A stretch of DNA of 64,000 nucleotides from Gammaproteobacteria bacterium (GTDB taxonomy: Bacteria > Pseudomonadota > Gammaproteobacteria > Acidiferrobacterales > SPGG2): NCBI GenBank assembly GCA_029861845.1, contig JAOTYM010000002.1:19510-83509 (forward strand), read 5' to 3'. This document shows positions 19,032 through 29,710 of this stretch, in pieces; position 1 is the stretch's first letter, and each line of letters opens with the position of its first letter. Position numbers and translations under genes: made by a program. Below the pieces are notes generated by a model. It searched no databases and was not told the DNA's origin. It worked only from the letters and a program-made list of their open reading frames with translations.

Positions 19032-20531
19032 ATGAAACTACCTCAAGCACTGTATTATGCCGAACAGACTCGGCAACTGGATGAAATTGCCATAACGCAA
19101 GAAGGAATTCCAGGCTCGACGTTAATGTGCCGTGCCGGCCAGGCAACCTTCATGCTGTTGCGGCAGCGTTATCCGCGGGCTCGGAACATCGCGGTAGTGT
19201 GCGGCGTAGGGAACAATGGTGGGGATGGCTACGTCGTCGCAGAGCTCGCGCAGGAAGCAGGTTTGATGCCGGTGGTGCTGGAGCTTGGCGATCCCAACCG
19301 CCGTCGTGGGGATGCGCGCGCGGCTCGCGAGAAGATGGAAGCGGCAGGCGTTCGTTGTCGTCCATTCCAAGCGTCGCAGCTTGAAGGCGCCGAGCTAATC
19401 GTCGATGCGCTTTTTGGAACTGGCTTGGAGCGTGAAGTCACCGATGACTGGCGTGTGGCGATTAATGCCATCAACGTGGCTGATGCGGCTGTACTGGCGA
19501 TCGATATTCCATCCGGGTTACATGCAGATTCTGGACGTGTGTTGGGCGTGGCTGTTCATGCTGATGTCACGGTAACGTTCATCGGCCTTAAAACAGGCCT
19601 GTTTACCGGCGAAGGTCCGAGTTTTCGTGGACATTTGGTGTTCGACGACCTAGGGGTGCCAGCTGATGTCTATCGCAGTGTCACCCCTTCTGCTCTACGA
19701 ATCACGGAGCAATCACTGTTGTCCTTGGCGCCGCACCGGCGCCGCACTGTGCATAAAGGAGATGTCGGCCATGTGGTTGTGATTGGCGGCACCGAGGGTA
19801 TGGGTGGAGCAGTGCGATTGGCAGGGGCGGCCGCGTACCGGACCGGGGCGGGTCTAGTGACGGTGGCGACGCATCCCGCCCATGCTGCCTACATCGGCTC
19901 GAATCGACCGGAACTGATGACCTACGCGGTATCGGAAGTGAAGCAATTACGCGCCGCTATTGAGCGCGCAACCGTCATCGCGGTGGGTCCCGGTCTAGGG
20001 CGAGAGCAGTGGGGACGCAGGATGTTGGCTACCGCTTTGGAATCCGGCAAACCGTTGGTGGTTGATGCCGATGGACTGAACCTTTTGGCCCCGGATCCCA
20101 TGAAACGCGATGACTGGGTTCTGACGCCACATCCGGGTGAAGCCGCGCGTCTGCTGAAATGTACGAGCGCAGAGGTGCAGGCACAACGTTTCGATGCAGT
20201 TCGATCGCTGACGGAACGTTTTGGAGGTGTAATTGTGTTAAAAGGTGCCGGAACATTGATTGCCAAGTCCGGTGATCGTGACGTGTGGTTATGTGGTGCC
20301 GGTAACCCGGGTATGGCGAGCGGGGGCATGGGCGATGTGCTGACGGGAATCATTGCCGCTCTTTTGGCCCAGGGGTTATCGTGGTTGGATGCGGCGCGGC
20401 TTGGCGTCTGGCTGCATGCTACGGCTGCCGACGCCGCCGCACACGAAAACGGTGAAATCGGATTGCTGGCCTCTGATTTGTTGCCGCTAGTTCGTACGAG
20501 ACTGAATCGACTCTCAATTCGTGAAGCTTGA
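19032..20531 (+). CDS. nnr: Bifunctional NAD(P)H-hydrate repair enzyme (epimerase/dehydratase)
   Basis: 499 aa. YjeF_N (GVGNNGGDGYV) and a C-terminal carbohydrate-kinase domain (GAGNPGMASGGMGDVLTG). Confidence 0.9.
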   Translation: MKLPQALYYAEQTRQLDEIAITQEGIPGSTLMCRAGQATFMLLRQRYPRARNIAVVCGVGNNGGDGYVVAELAQEAGLMPVVLELGDPNRRRGDARAAREKMEAAGVRCRPFQASQLEGAELIVDALFGTGLEREVTDDWRVAINAINVADAAVLAIDIPSGLHADSGRVLGVAVHADVTVTFIGLKTGLFTGEGPSFRGHLVFDDLGVPADVYRSVTPSALRITEQSLLSLAPHRRRTVHKGDVGHVVVIGGTEGMGGAVRLAGAAAYRTGAGLVTVATHPAHAAYIGSNRPELMTYAVSEVKQLRAAIERATVIAVGPGLGREQWGRRMLATALESGKPLVVDADGLNLLAPDPMKRDDWVLTPHPGEAARLLKCTSAEVQAQRFDAVRSLTERFGGVIVLKGAGTLIAKSGDRDVWLCGAGNPGMASGGMGDVLTGIIAALLAQGLSWLDAARLGVWLHATAADAAAHENGEIGLLASDLLPLVRTRLNRLSIREA

Positions 20532-20976
20532 GATCGAAATTCCGGAAGTGGCGGATATGGAGGCATTGGGGGCACGATTGGCGCCGAGTATCGCCAAAGT
20601 ACAATTGATCTATCTGCATGGCGAGCTAGGTACCGGAAAGACCACACTGGTGCGCGGGTTGCTACGCGCCTTGGGCCATGTAGGCGTGGTCAAGAGTCCC
20701 ACCTTTACGCTAGTCGAGCCCTACTCGGTTGCCGGTCAGAATACCTACCATTTCGATCTGTATCGGTTAAAGCATCCCGACGAGCTGGAATTCGTGGGAT
20801 TCCGCGATTATGTTAAAGATAGGAACGTCTGCCTGGTGGAATGGGCGGAGCGTGCCGCCGAGGTCTTACCGATGCCGGATATTGACGTTGTCATCCACAA
20901 AGCCGACCATAAGCGTATCGTGCAGCTGACGTCTCGTACCGATCGGGGTGCTGACCTATTGACCGACCTGTCATGA
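20521..20976 (+). CDS. tsaE: tRNA t6A37 biosynthesis ATPase TsaE
   Basis: 151 aa. P-loop GELGTGKTTLVRG, then SPTFTLV and HFDLYRL motifs. The GTG start overlaps the end of nnr by 11 nt. Confidence 0.85.
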   Translation: MKLEIEIPEVADMEALGARLAPSIAKVQLIYLHGELGTGKTTLVRGLLRALGHVGVVKSPTFTLVEPYSVAGQNTYHFDLYRLKHPDELEFVGFRDYVKDRNVCLVEWAERAAEVLPMPDIDVVIHKADHKRIVQLTSRTDRGADLLTDLS

Positions 20977-22271
20977 GAATCGCGCGCCTCGGGCTCTTGT
21001 TATTCCTGGGCCTCTTCGCTGGCCTCGGTCAAGGTGCCACCGTCGCAGTTGAAAACCTGCGCCTATGGCGAGCTCCCGATCACGTACGCTTGGTGTTTGA
21101 TCTTAGTGGGACCCTCGAACACCGGGTGTTTATCCTAAAGAACCCTGATCGGCTGGTGGTTGATTTAGAGAACAGTCGTCTACTCGGGGCGCTTCCAACC
21201 CCCGACCCTAACGAGGCTGTGCTCGCTGGTATCCGTACCGGCGCTCACGGTGACAACAAGCTGCGCATTGTACTGGATCTCAAGCAGCCGGCGCGGCCAC
21301 GAACCTTTGTTCTTAAACCCTATGACCAATACGGCCATCGTCTCGTCATAGACCTTTATGAGGCGAGGAGCGCAGCGCCACCCCAACCGAAGCCGGCCAA
21401 GCCCAAGCGTGACTACATTGTTATCGCTATCGACGCCGGTCACGGCGGCGAGGATCCTGGTGCCATTGGTCGGCGCTACAAGACCCGAGAAAAGGACGCC
21501 GTGCTTGCAATCGCGAAACAGCTCGAGAAGCTTGTGGATGCAGAGCCGACTATGCGGGCCGTCATGACCCGCAAAGGGGATTATTATGTAGAACTAAAAG
21601 AACGCTACGAAATAGCACGGGAGAATGAAGCAGACATATTTGTGTCAATACACGCCGATGCATTACCGGGTAAGCGTCGTGCCCGTGGCGCGTCTGTCTA
21701 TGCATTGTCGGAACGAGGAGCGACAAGCGCCTTGGCCAGAACTTTGGCTAACAAACACAATGCATCTGATTTGATCGGTGGTGTCAGCCTAAGCGATAAA
21801 GATGATCTTCTGGCAAAAGTGCTGCTCGATCTTTCACAAACGGCGACTATCGGCTCTAGTGTTGAACTAGGCTCTTCTGTTCTATCGGAGCTCAGGCGCA
21901 TTGGCCCAATCCATATTGAGACGGTGCAACAGGCTGGATTCGCTGTATTGAAAGCACCGGACGTACCCTCTATTCTGATCGAGACTGCATTTATCTCGAC
22001 ACCAACGGAAGAGAAGAAGTTACGCGGTAAGAGTTACCAGCGAAAGCTTGCGAATGGTATCTTCAAGGGGATAAAACGTTACGCAACGCGGCGCAAACTT
22101 GCTGGCAATCAGTCGAGGCGTGCGGACGAGCGACGTGTGCATATCGTACAGCCGGGCGATACGCTATCTGCGATTGCGAGACTGTACGATGTGCATATGG
22201 ATACGCTGCGTTTTGCCAATAACTTGAGCGACAACAAGCTTAAGGTTGGACGCAAGCTGGTGATCCCTTAG
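20973..22271 (+). CDS. amiB: N-acetylmuramoyl-L-alanine amidase (AMIN + amidase_3 + LysM)
   Basis: 432 aa. Signal peptide, AMIN-like N-domain (RLVFDL..), amidase_3 core (IDAGHGGEDPGA ... SIHADA), and a C-terminal LysM (HIVQPGDTLSAIARLY). The symbol is chosen from the tsaE-amiB context. Confidence 0.85.
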   Translation: MRIARLGLLLFLGLFAGLGQGATVAVENLRLWRAPDHVRLVFDLSGTLEHRVFILKNPDRLVVDLENSRLLGALPTPDPNEAVLAGIRTGAHGDNKLRIVLDLKQPARPRTFVLKPYDQYGHRLVIDLYEARSAAPPQPKPAKPKRDYIVIAIDAGHGGEDPGAIGRRYKTREKDAVLAIAKQLEKLVDAEPTMRAVMTRKGDYYVELKERYEIARENEADIFVSIHADALPGKRRARGASVYALSERGATSALARTLANKHNASDLIGGVSLSDKDDLLAKVLLDLSQTATIGSSVELGSSVLSELRRIGPIHIETVQQAGFAVLKAPDVPSILIETAFISTPTEEKKLRGKSYQRKLANGIFKGIKRYATRRKLAGNQSRRADERRVHIVQPGDTLSAIARLYDVHMDTLRFANNLSDNKLKVGRKLVIP

Positions 22272-22274
22272 GGG

Positions 22275-25007
22275 CTAACTAGCACTTCGTATATTCTTGG
22301 TAGTAGTTCGCTCCTCGCTGGTGGATTGCTTGTCAGTTGTGTCGATTGGCGTCGTAATCTTTAGATTTTCATATATTTGATTCGCAAGGCGCTCGAGCTG
22401 GCCCTTGTCTACAATTGGCCGTCGTTCAAGATCTGTAAGGAAAAAGATATCCTCGGCGCGTTCCCCATACGTCGACACCTTGGCAGTTACGAGATTAACT
22501 CGACAATGCTGTAATGCACGCGCTACCTGATAAAGCAGTCCGGGGCGATCCTGCGCTACGACTTCCATTATTGTTTGCTGTCCGTTTGCGGCTGAGCTGA
22601 AACTTACCTTTGTCTCGATGGGAAAATGTTTGAGGCGGCGAGGTAGGCGAACCATGCGAATGTCGCGTCCTTCACGAGGGTTCAGTAGTTGTTGACGCAT
22701 GGCCTGTTGCATATCTGATAAGAGCTCGCGGTCGCACACAGGTTCGCCATCTGAGTCGAGCACCACGAAAGTGTTGAGAGCAAATCCATTCCGCGTTGTG
22801 TGGATACGCGCGTCCACAATCGAAAGGTGCAACTGATCAAAGCCACCGGTTTGGACCACAAATAGATACCCCCGGTCTGGTGAATATATAAAGAATTCAG
22901 TGCCGCCAATATCCGGGTTGTAACGGGTGGCGACGATCGGGAAATCGGCAGCCGAGGATTTGGCGATGGTTTCGACATGCCAGGCGAGGCTGTGAGCGTC
23001 GTATCGCAGGAAATATTCGTTATCGAGTTGCTGCCAATAGTTTTCGACTAAACCATCCGGAAGCTTTTTGCGCTTAATCAGCATCAGCGTTTCATTTTTC
23101 AGGTCCTTGATCTGGGCCGTGACATCAAATCGTGTAGCGAAACCGCGCCGGAATGTTCGTGTTGTTGCGGCGTACAGTTCTGATAACAAGCGACCCTTCC
23201 AGGCGTTCCATACTTTCGGGCTCGTGCCACGTATATCCGCGACCGTGAGCAGATAGAGATTATCGAGGTGTTCCTGATCTCCTGTCTTCCGCGCAAATTC
23301 AAGCACGACATCGGGGTCATGGATGTCCTGGCGTTGTGCGGTCCATGACATCATTAGGTGATTGCGAACCAGCCAGCAAATGAAATTGCAATCGTAGTCA
23401 CTCAAGCCGTGCCGTTTGCAGAACCCACGTACAATCTTCTCGCCTATCACGGAGTGGTCACCACCACGACCTTTGGCGATGTCATGGAATAGTGCCGCCA
23501 GATACAACCGCTCGGGTTTGACCAGACGTTGAATAAGCGAGCTCGCCAGCGGAAATTCGTGCTGGTGTTCCGGGATCGTGAATCTGCGAAGGTTTCGCAC
23601 CACAAAAAGCAAGTGCTCATCGACTGTATACACATGAAACAGGTCATGCTGCATCTGGCCCACGATCTTGTCAAACGCCGGAATATACGCACCGAGAACA
23701 CCATATGCGTTCATCCGGCGCAACGCATGTGTAATCCCGGCCGGACTCCGCATTATCTCCATAAACAGACTGCGACAACCCAAATCCTTGCGAAAATCTC
23801 GATCGATACGATAAAGATTCGCGCGCACCAGCCGTATGGTGTGGGCACGAACACCCTTTAGTGCGGGTTGCTGCTGGAGAACAAGGAACAGTTCGAGTAT
23901 GGCATACGGAACTCGCTCAAAGACCTTATCACTCACAACCTCGATAAAGTTATTACGCGATCGAAAGCGCCGATTAATGGGTCTGATGCTAGCGGCGCCA
24001 CGAGCGAGAATGACTTCCTGAAAGTGTTGCAGCAGAATCTCGTTCAGCAGGGATAATTCCTTGACCGTCCGGTAGTAGCGCTTCATAAATTGCTCAACGG
24101 CTAGATGACCTGGTTTGTCGATATAGCTAAGTTGCTTCGCGAGCCTGCGTTGGTGATCGAATAGCAGTCGATCTTCCCGGCGCCCCGACAAGTAATGCAA
24201 CCCGTTTCGGATTTGCCAAAGAAAGTTTCGTCCACGCATGAGCGCGCGATATTCGTCCTCACGGAGGAAACCGAGTTGCACGAGATCGTGCAAGGAGTTT
24301 GTGTTGAAATGCCGTTTTGTGACCCAGGCAATCATTTGAATGTCGCGCAAACCGCCTGGCCCTTCCTTTATATTGGGTTCTAGATCGTAAGCTGTATCTT
24401 CGAAGCGAAGATGTCGGTCTATCTGCTCATGCCATTTTGCCGAGAAAAACTTTCGACTTGGCCAAACTTTTGGTGGGCTCGTTGCACGTTGCATCCGGTC
24501 GAAAACACGTTTATCACCATAAAGCAGTCGGGCTTCCATTATGTTCGTGGCTACGGTGATATCCTTCTTGGCCAATTGGACACAGTCGGGGATTGAACGA
24601 ACACTGTGCCCCACCTCCAAACCCATGTCCCAAAGGAATTGGATCAACGTTTCCGCAAAACCACCGATCTGCTCGTGCCGCTCTTTTTCGGTCAACAGCA
24701 TTAGGTCTATGTCGGAAGCCGGGTGTAGTTCGCCTCGACCGTAACCGCCGACTGCAATTAGTGACAGCGCCTGCTCTAATGGCAGTAAAGGTAGATGTAA
24801 TACCCAGGCCGCTGTCAGTAACTGATCGATTAGCCACGCCTGTGCGGCGACGATCTGCGGCGCCGCAGTATTTTCCGTGTGTTGTTTTTCTAGAATATCG
24901 CGCCCGGACTTTAGTGCGGCGCGAAACAGAGGGAGTGGCTTGTCTGAAGCGCTTAGTGCCCGTTTGAACTCGCGAGCGTTGAATAGCTGATTTCTATCTA
25001 TTGTCAT
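22275..25007 (-). CDS. glnD: [Protein-PII] uridylyltransferase/uridylyl-removing enzyme
   Basis: 910 aa. Nucleotidyltransferase motif (GGYGRGELHPASDIDL), an HD domain, and two C-terminal ACT domains. glnD-map context. Confidence 0.95.
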   Translation of the reverse strand: MTIDRNQLFNAREFKRALSASDKPLPLFRAALKSGRDILEKQHTENTAAPQIVAAQAWLIDQLLTAAWVLHLPLLPLEQALSLIAVGGYGRGELHPASDIDLMLLTEKERHEQIGGFAETLIQFLWDMGLEVGHSVRSIPDCVQLAKKDITVATNIMEARLLYGDKRVFDRMQRATSPPKVWPSRKFFSAKWHEQIDRHLRFEDTAYDLEPNIKEGPGGLRDIQMIAWVTKRHFNTNSLHDLVQLGFLREDEYRALMRGRNFLWQIRNGLHYLSGRREDRLLFDHQRRLAKQLSYIDKPGHLAVEQFMKRYYRTVKELSLLNEILLQHFQEVILARGAASIRPINRRFRSRNNFIEVVSDKVFERVPYAILELFLVLQQQPALKGVRAHTIRLVRANLYRIDRDFRKDLGCRSLFMEIMRSPAGITHALRRMNAYGVLGAYIPAFDKIVGQMQHDLFHVYTVDEHLLFVVRNLRRFTIPEHQHEFPLASSLIQRLVKPERLYLAALFHDIAKGRGGDHSVIGEKIVRGFCKRHGLSDYDCNFICWLVRNHLMMSWTAQRQDIHDPDVVLEFARKTGDQEHLDNLYLLTVADIRGTSPKVWNAWKGRLLSELYAATTRTFRRGFATRFDVTAQIKDLKNETLMLIKRKKLPDGLVENYWQQLDNEYFLRYDAHSLAWHVETIAKSSAADFPIVATRYNPDIGGTEFFIYSPDRGYLFVVQTGGFDQLHLSIVDARIHTTRNGFALNTFVVLDSDGEPVCDRELLSDMQQAMRQQLLNPREGRDIRMVRLPRRLKHFPIETKVSFSSAANGQQTIMEVVAQDRPGLLYQVARALQHCRVNLVTAKVSTYGERAEDIFFLTDLERRPIVDKGQLERLANQIYENLKITTPIDTTDKQSTSEERTTTKNIRSAS

Positions 25008-25042
25008 GGTTCGATCGCGAGATTAGCTCGCTTTGGGGCATA

Positions 25043-25810
25043 TCAAAGGTCGTCACCGGGAAGTAGAGTCAGCACCTCACAGCCCGTGTCCGTCACCAAG
25101 ATTGTATGTTCCCATTGCGCCGACAAGCTGTGGTCGCGAGTAACGACAGTCCAGTTGTCTGGCAAAAGTTTTACTTCTTTGCGCCCCGCGTTGATCATGG
25201 GCTCGACGGTGAACGTCATTCCAGGTACCAGTTCCATGCCGGTGCTAGGCTTTCCATAGTGCAATACCTGTGGTTCTTCATGGAATTGACGCCCAATGCC
25301 GTGGCCGCAATACTCTCGCACTACGGAGAAATTGTTTCTTTCGGCATGTTGCTGGATGGCGTAGCCGATGTCGCCTAAGCGGACGCCCGACCTTATTTTG
25401 TCGATGCCCTTCACCATACATTCGTGGCTTAATTTCACGAGTCTTTGCGCCTGGACCGATGGTTCACCCACAAAAAACATCTTACTTGTGTCACCGTGAT
25501 AGGAATCTTTGATTATAGTGACATCGATATTGATGATGTCCCCTTTCTTTAGTTTTTTGCCACCGGGTATTCCATGACACACCTGGTGATTCACAGAAGT
25601 ACAGATCGATTTCGGAAACCCCTTGTAGTTGAGTGGTGCGGGAATGGCTTGCTGTTTGTCGACGATATGGTCATGGCAGATTCGATCGAGCTCACCCGTA
25701 GTGATGCCAGGCTCAACATGCGGCCCGATCATTTTTAACACTTCGGCCGCCAGCTGTCCGGCGACACGCATTTTCTCTATTTCCTCTGGCGTTTTAATGG
25801 TAGGTGGCAT
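25043..25810 (-). CDS. map: Type I methionine aminopeptidase
   Basis: 255 aa. Metal-binding residues sit in the canonical blocks (DIINIDVT, GHGIG, FTVEPM, EHT). Confidence 0.95.
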   Translation of the reverse strand: MPPTIKTPEEIEKMRVAGQLAAEVLKMIGPHVEPGITTGELDRICHDHIVDKQQAIPAPLNYKGFPKSICTSVNHQVCHGIPGGKKLKKGDIINIDVTIIKDSYHGDTSKMFFVGEPSVQAQRLVKLSHECMVKGIDKIRSGVRLGDIGYAIQQHAERNNFSVVREYCGHGIGRQFHEEPQVLHYGKPSTGMELVPGMTFTVEPMINAGRKEVKLLPDNWTVVTRDHSLSAQWEHTILVTDTGCEVLTLLPGDDL

Positions 25811-26085
25811 CGTTGTAGGCTCGTTCTGCTTTGGTCGCTACCCAAGGCTTTGACAGTAGGCTAATTTACCCTATTTTCTTGTGTCAGACCCATAGAAAAA
25901 CCGATAGGTTTGGCTCGTAAATCCTTAAAAGTATTATTGTAAATGGCCATTCATAGTGTAAAATTTCGGCTTTATAAATCACACATGGGCCGACACATGC
26001 GCCCGGGTGCCCGACCACTGCACGTGCTTGATGGTTGGGTTGACGCATGGGGCTCGTGGCGGACTAACCCGAACGGAGCTTAAAA

Positions 26086-27432
26086 ATGACTAGTGTTACC
26101 ATGCGCCAGATGCTGGAGGCCGGCGTCCACTTCGGCCATCGCACGCGGTTCTGGCACCCCAAAATGCGCCCCTATATCTTCGGCGAGCGCAACAAGATCC
26201 ACATTATAAATCTCGAAAAGACCCTGCCGCTATTCAACGAGGCGATGGAGTTTTTGCAGAGGTTGACGGCCAATCGGGGCATTGTACTGTTTGCAGGCAC
26301 TAAGCGACAGGCGGCCGACATCGTTCAAGAGGAAGCCGTGCGCTGCGACTGCCCGTATGTCAACCACCGGTGGCTCGGCGGCACATTGACCAACTACAAA
26401 ACAGTCAAGAATTCTATCGATCGGCTGAAGAGTCTCGAGGCCATGTTTGAGGACGGCAGCGTTACGAAACTTGTAAAGAAGGAAGTGTTAGCGCTCACCC
26501 GTGAGTGTCGTAAACTAAATCAGAGTCTCGCGGGAATCAAAGATATGCCGGGATTGCCGGACGCCTTGTTCGTGGTCGACGTAGGCCAGGAAGCGATCGC
26601 AGTGGCCGAGGCCAATCACCTTAACATCCCCGTCGTCGCAGTTGTCGACACTAATTGTAAACCTGATGGTGTCGATTATCTGATCCCGGGTAATGACGAT
26701 GCAATTCGGGCGATAAGGCTTTACACGTCTGCGGCGGCCGACGCCATTCTCGAAGGGCGTAAGGCGGCGCAGGAGGCTATCCTTGCCGGCGACGAAGAGT
26801 TCGTTGAGGTGGACGAGCAGGCAGGCAGCAGTGAGCCGCCGATCAAACCAGCAGCATCACCTAAATCGGCTACTGTCATTGGATTGACAATGACGGCTGA
26901 CGAGGCGCCGGCAGGAATGCAGGACGTGGGGCAACGCAAGGAGCACGACTTTAGGGAAGGAGCAGGTCCGACCCCAGGCACGGGGGAGGTAGACGGCGTC
27001 GCGCCACCTGCAGGGACGCAGGAAGTCAGAGCAACGCACGACTCCGAAGATGTAGGAGGTGGAACCGCGTCTGGAACAGCGGTCGAGGAGCAGTTGCCGG
27101 AACAGCGATCGGGAATAACGCAGGGAGCAGTTACCGAGTTGCCGAGCGCTACTGCAAAATCACAGGAATCAGTGAAATCAACGCAGGCGGAGGAGGTGGC
27201 GTCGATAGACGACCACCAAACGCCGACAACCGCGAAGCCCAAAACGGCCGCAGCCAAGAAGACCGCAAGCAAAACGGCGGCCAAGAAACCAGCCAGCAAA
27301 GCCAAGGTGACCACGAGAGCGAAATCTACGGGTACCAAGGCTAAGACGGCTACAAGAACGAAACCAGCGTCGACTAAGAAATCAACTGCACAGTCGAAGC
27401 AAGATCCATCAGACGAATCTGGGGCAGAGTAG
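26086..27432 (+). CDS. rpsB: 30S ribosomal protein S2 with a ~200-aa low-complexity C-terminal extension
   Basis: The first ~245 aa are canonical S2 ([22 protein letters not shown]..). The frame then stays open for ~200 more codons of Glu/Gly/Pro/Thr-rich and then Lys/Ala/Thr-rich sequence before TAG 27430-27432. Confidence 0.9.
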   Translation: MTSVTMRQMLEAGVHFGHRTRFWHPKMRPYIFGERNKIHIINLEKTLPLFNEAMEFLQRLTANRGIVLFAGTKRQAADIVQEEAVRCDCPYVNHRWLGGTLTNYKTVKNSIDRLKSLEAMFEDGSVTKLVKKEVLALTRECRKLNQSLAGIKDMPGLPDALFVVDVGQEAIAVAEANHLNIPVVAVVDTNCKPDGVDYLIPGNDDAIRAIRLYTSAAADAILEGRKAAQEAILAGDEEFVEVDEQAGSSEPPIKPAASPKSATVIGLTMTADEAPAGMQDVGQRKEHDFREGAGPTPGTGEVDGVAPPAGTQEVRATHDSEDVGGGTASGTAVEEQLPEQRSGITQGAVTELPSATAKSQESVKSTQAEEVASIDDHQTPTTAKPKTAAAKKTASKTAAKKPASKAKVTTRAKSTGTKAKTATRTKPASTKKSTAQSKQDPSDESGAE

Positions 27433-27498
27433 TGCCTGGGGACTGTGGCTCCCTATTTTTGTTGAGTGCGTCGAAAGTCGGTTAGACGGAGAGGTTAG

Positions 27499-28350
27499 AT
27501 GGGAATTTCTGCTACACAGGTTAAGGAGCTTCGTGAACGTACGGGGCTAGGTATGATGGAGTGTAAGAATGCGTTGGTTGAATCCGACGGTGATATCGAT
27601 GGGGCAATCGTGCTACTACGCAAGCGTGCCGGTGCGAAGGTGGAAAAGAAGGCCGGACGCACGGCAGCCGAGGGCACCATCGCTACCCACGTGAGCGATG
27701 ATCAGAAGCTTGCAGCTATTGTGGAGATCAATTGTGAGACGGATTTTGTTGCCAGGGAAGAAGGGTTCGTAGGCCTTGCCACCACTGTTGCTAAGACTAT
27801 TGTCGAGCATGATCCCAATGATATCGACGCGCTATTGGCTCTGCCGCTAACAGATGGGAAGGCCGACACAATAGGCCAAACTTGCGAATACCTAGTTGCT
27901 AAGTTGGGCGAGAAAATCAGTGTGCGGCGTTTCACCCGCTACAAGGCGAGTAACGGGCATCTCGATACCTATGTGCATGCGGGCTCGCGCATCGGCGTAC
28001 TGGTCGAGATGAAAGGAGGCGATAACGCGCTTGCCCATGACATGGCTATGCAAGTGGCCGCGACACGACCAGAGTACATTTCGTCAGATGATGTACCCTC
28101 GGATATCGCGAACAGGGAACGGGAAATTCTTATTGAGCAAGCTAAAGACAGTGGTAAACCACCTGAGATTGTAGAGAAGATGGTCGCTGGTCGACTGAAC
28201 AAGTATCTCAGTGAGCTGACGCTGTTGGGTAAACCGTTCGTGAAGGACCCAGACACAATCGTCGAAAAATTGCTCAAGTCCGCCGGTGCCCGTATCGAAC
28301 GTTTCTGTCGCTACGAAGTTGGAGAGGGCATTGAGAAGAAGGTGGCGTAA
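27499..28350 (+). CDS. tsf: Elongation factor Ts
   Basis: 283 aa. N-terminal UBA-like VKELRERTGLGMMECKNAL and the dimerisation core. Confidence 0.95.
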   Translation: MGISATQVKELRERTGLGMMECKNALVESDGDIDGAIVLLRKRAGAKVEKKAGRTAAEGTIATHVSDDQKLAAIVEINCETDFVAREEGFVGLATTVAKTIVEHDPNDIDALLALPLTDGKADTIGQTCEYLVAKLGEKISVRRFTRYKASNGHLDTYVHAGSRIGVLVEMKGGDNALAHDMAMQVAATRPEYISSDDVPSDIANREREILIEQAKDSGKPPEIVEKMVAGRLNKYLSELTLLGKPFVKDPDTIVEKLLKSAGARIERFCRYEVGEGIEKKVA

Positions 28351-28394
28351 TTTGACGGTGGAGGTAATGGTCCAAGTTACAGGGGGATAAGCTA

Positions 28395-29129
28395 TTGACG
28401 GGAGCGGCAAAGGCGCCTGTATTCAAGCGTGTGTTGTTAAAGCTTAGCGGCGAAGCGTTGGTGGGCGAAGGCGGCTACGGCATTAGTCCGGAAGTTCTTA
28501 CTCGTGCTGCGACGGAGCTTAAAGAAGTCGTGGCGACAGGTGTACAGCTTGCCATTGTAGTTGGTGGCGGTAACATATTTCGTGGTGTTGCACCGACGGC
28601 GGCAAACATGGAGCGTGTGACCGCCGACTATATAGGCATGCTGGCAACTGTCATGAATGCAATGGCTTTGCAAGATGCCCTCGCCAGCCAAGATGTGCCG
28701 ACACATCTGCAGTCGGCTATTCGCCTGGATCAAATTGCCGAGCCTTACAACCGACAGCGGGCACTTCATCACTTGGAGCAGGGCCATGTGGTTCTGTTTG
28801 CGGCAGGCACCGGCAATCCCTTCTTTACTACCGATACAGCCGCAAGTCTTCGCGGGATCGAGATAAACGCAGATATCGTACTCAAAGCGACGAAGGTTGA
28901 TGGCGTGTACAGCAAGGATCCAGTCCGTCACGCGGATGCTACACGTTATAATGCACTCAGCTATGATCAGGTACTTAAGCAGAAACTAGCGGTTATGGAT
29001 GCGACCGCGGTTGCGTTATGTCGTGAACAGAATCTTCCGGTGCGAGTGTTCAATATAAACAAACCAGGTAATGTGCTACGTATTGTATTGGGTGAAAGCG
29101 AAGGCACCCTAATGCAGGCTGGAGACTGA
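28395..29129 (+). CDS. pyrH: UMP kinase
   Basis: 244 aa. [11 protein letters not shown] and [10 protein letters not shown] motifs. TTG start. Confidence 0.95.
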   Translation: MTGAAKAPVFKRVLLKLSGEALVGEGGYGISPEVLTRAATELKEVVATGVQLAIVVGGGNIFRGVAPTAANMERVTADYIGMLATVMNAMALQDALASQDVPTHLQSAIRLDQIAEPYNRQRALHHLEQGHVVLFAAGTGNPFFTTDTAASLRGIEINADIVLKATKVDGVYSKDPVRHADATRYNALSYDQVLKQKLAVMDATAVALCREQNLPVRVFNINKPGNVLRIVLGESEGTLMQAGD

Positions 29130-29130
29130 T

Positions 29131-29697
29131 ATGGCAGCTGATATAGAGAAAACAAAGAAAGATGCTGAAAGGCGGATGGCAAAATCAGTAGAGGCACTCA
29201 AGTCCGATCTGGCGAAAATTCGCACAGGGCGTGCACATGCCGGTTTACTCGATCATCTAAGGGTCGATTATTACGGTACCCCAACCGCAATAAACCAAGT
29301 TGCTAATGTCACGGTAGCTGATGCGCGGACCATCAGCGTTACGCCCTGGGACAAGAATATGGTAGCGACGGTTGAGAAAGCGATCCGCGAGTCGGACCTT
29401 GGGCTTAACCCGGCAACGTCGGGCCAGACATTACACATTCCGTTACCACCACTTACGGAAGAGCGTAGGAATGAATTGGCTAAGGTCGTCCGTGGCGAGG
29501 GTGAAAATTCGAAGATCGCTATACGCAACGTTCGCCGCGACGGTAATCACCACCTCAAGGATTTGCTGAAGAAGAAGGAGATTTCACAAGATGATGACAG
29601 GCGGGCTGAGGATGCGATGCAGCAACTCACCGATCGCTTTATCGCTGAAATAGACAAGCTTGTAGAGGCCAAAGAGCAAGATATTATGCAGATCTGA
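29131..29697 (+). CDS. frr: Ribosome recycling factor
   Basis: 188 aa. Family-typical ..[13 protein letters not shown]....L..v.VDYYG..TPINQVA.. sequence. Confidence 0.95.
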   Translation: MAADIEKTKKDAERRMAKSVEALKSDLAKIRTGRAHAGLLDHLRVDYYGTPTAINQVANVTVADARTISVTPWDKNMVATVEKAIRESDLGLNPATSGQTLHIPLPPLTEERRNELAKVVRGEGENSKIAIRNVRRDGNHHLKDLLKKKEISQDDDRRAEDAMQQLTDRFIAEIDKLVEAKEQDIMQI

Positions 29698-29710
29698 GGT
29701 TCTCCGATCG

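Noticed and set aside
19922-20647. A 241-aa minus-strand ORF antisense to nnr/tsaE. Similar long antisense or out-of-frame ORFs occur at 26721..27338, 46712..47203, 47694..48248, 47798..48322, 49472..49966, 2208..2690, 28437..28931 and 61024..61548.
   Set aside because: All lie entirely inside strongly supported conserved genes on the other strand or frame. Their Arg/Pro/Ser/Ala-rich low-complexity translations match no family I recognise, and they have no SD sequences. They are typical shadow ORFs of moderately GC-rich coding DNA.
27433-27470. Possible intrinsic terminator after rpsB (GGGGACTGTGGCTCCC followed by TATTTTT).
   Set aside because: Only 3-4 base pairs can form. rpsB and tsf are normally co-transcribed, so it is too weak to call.
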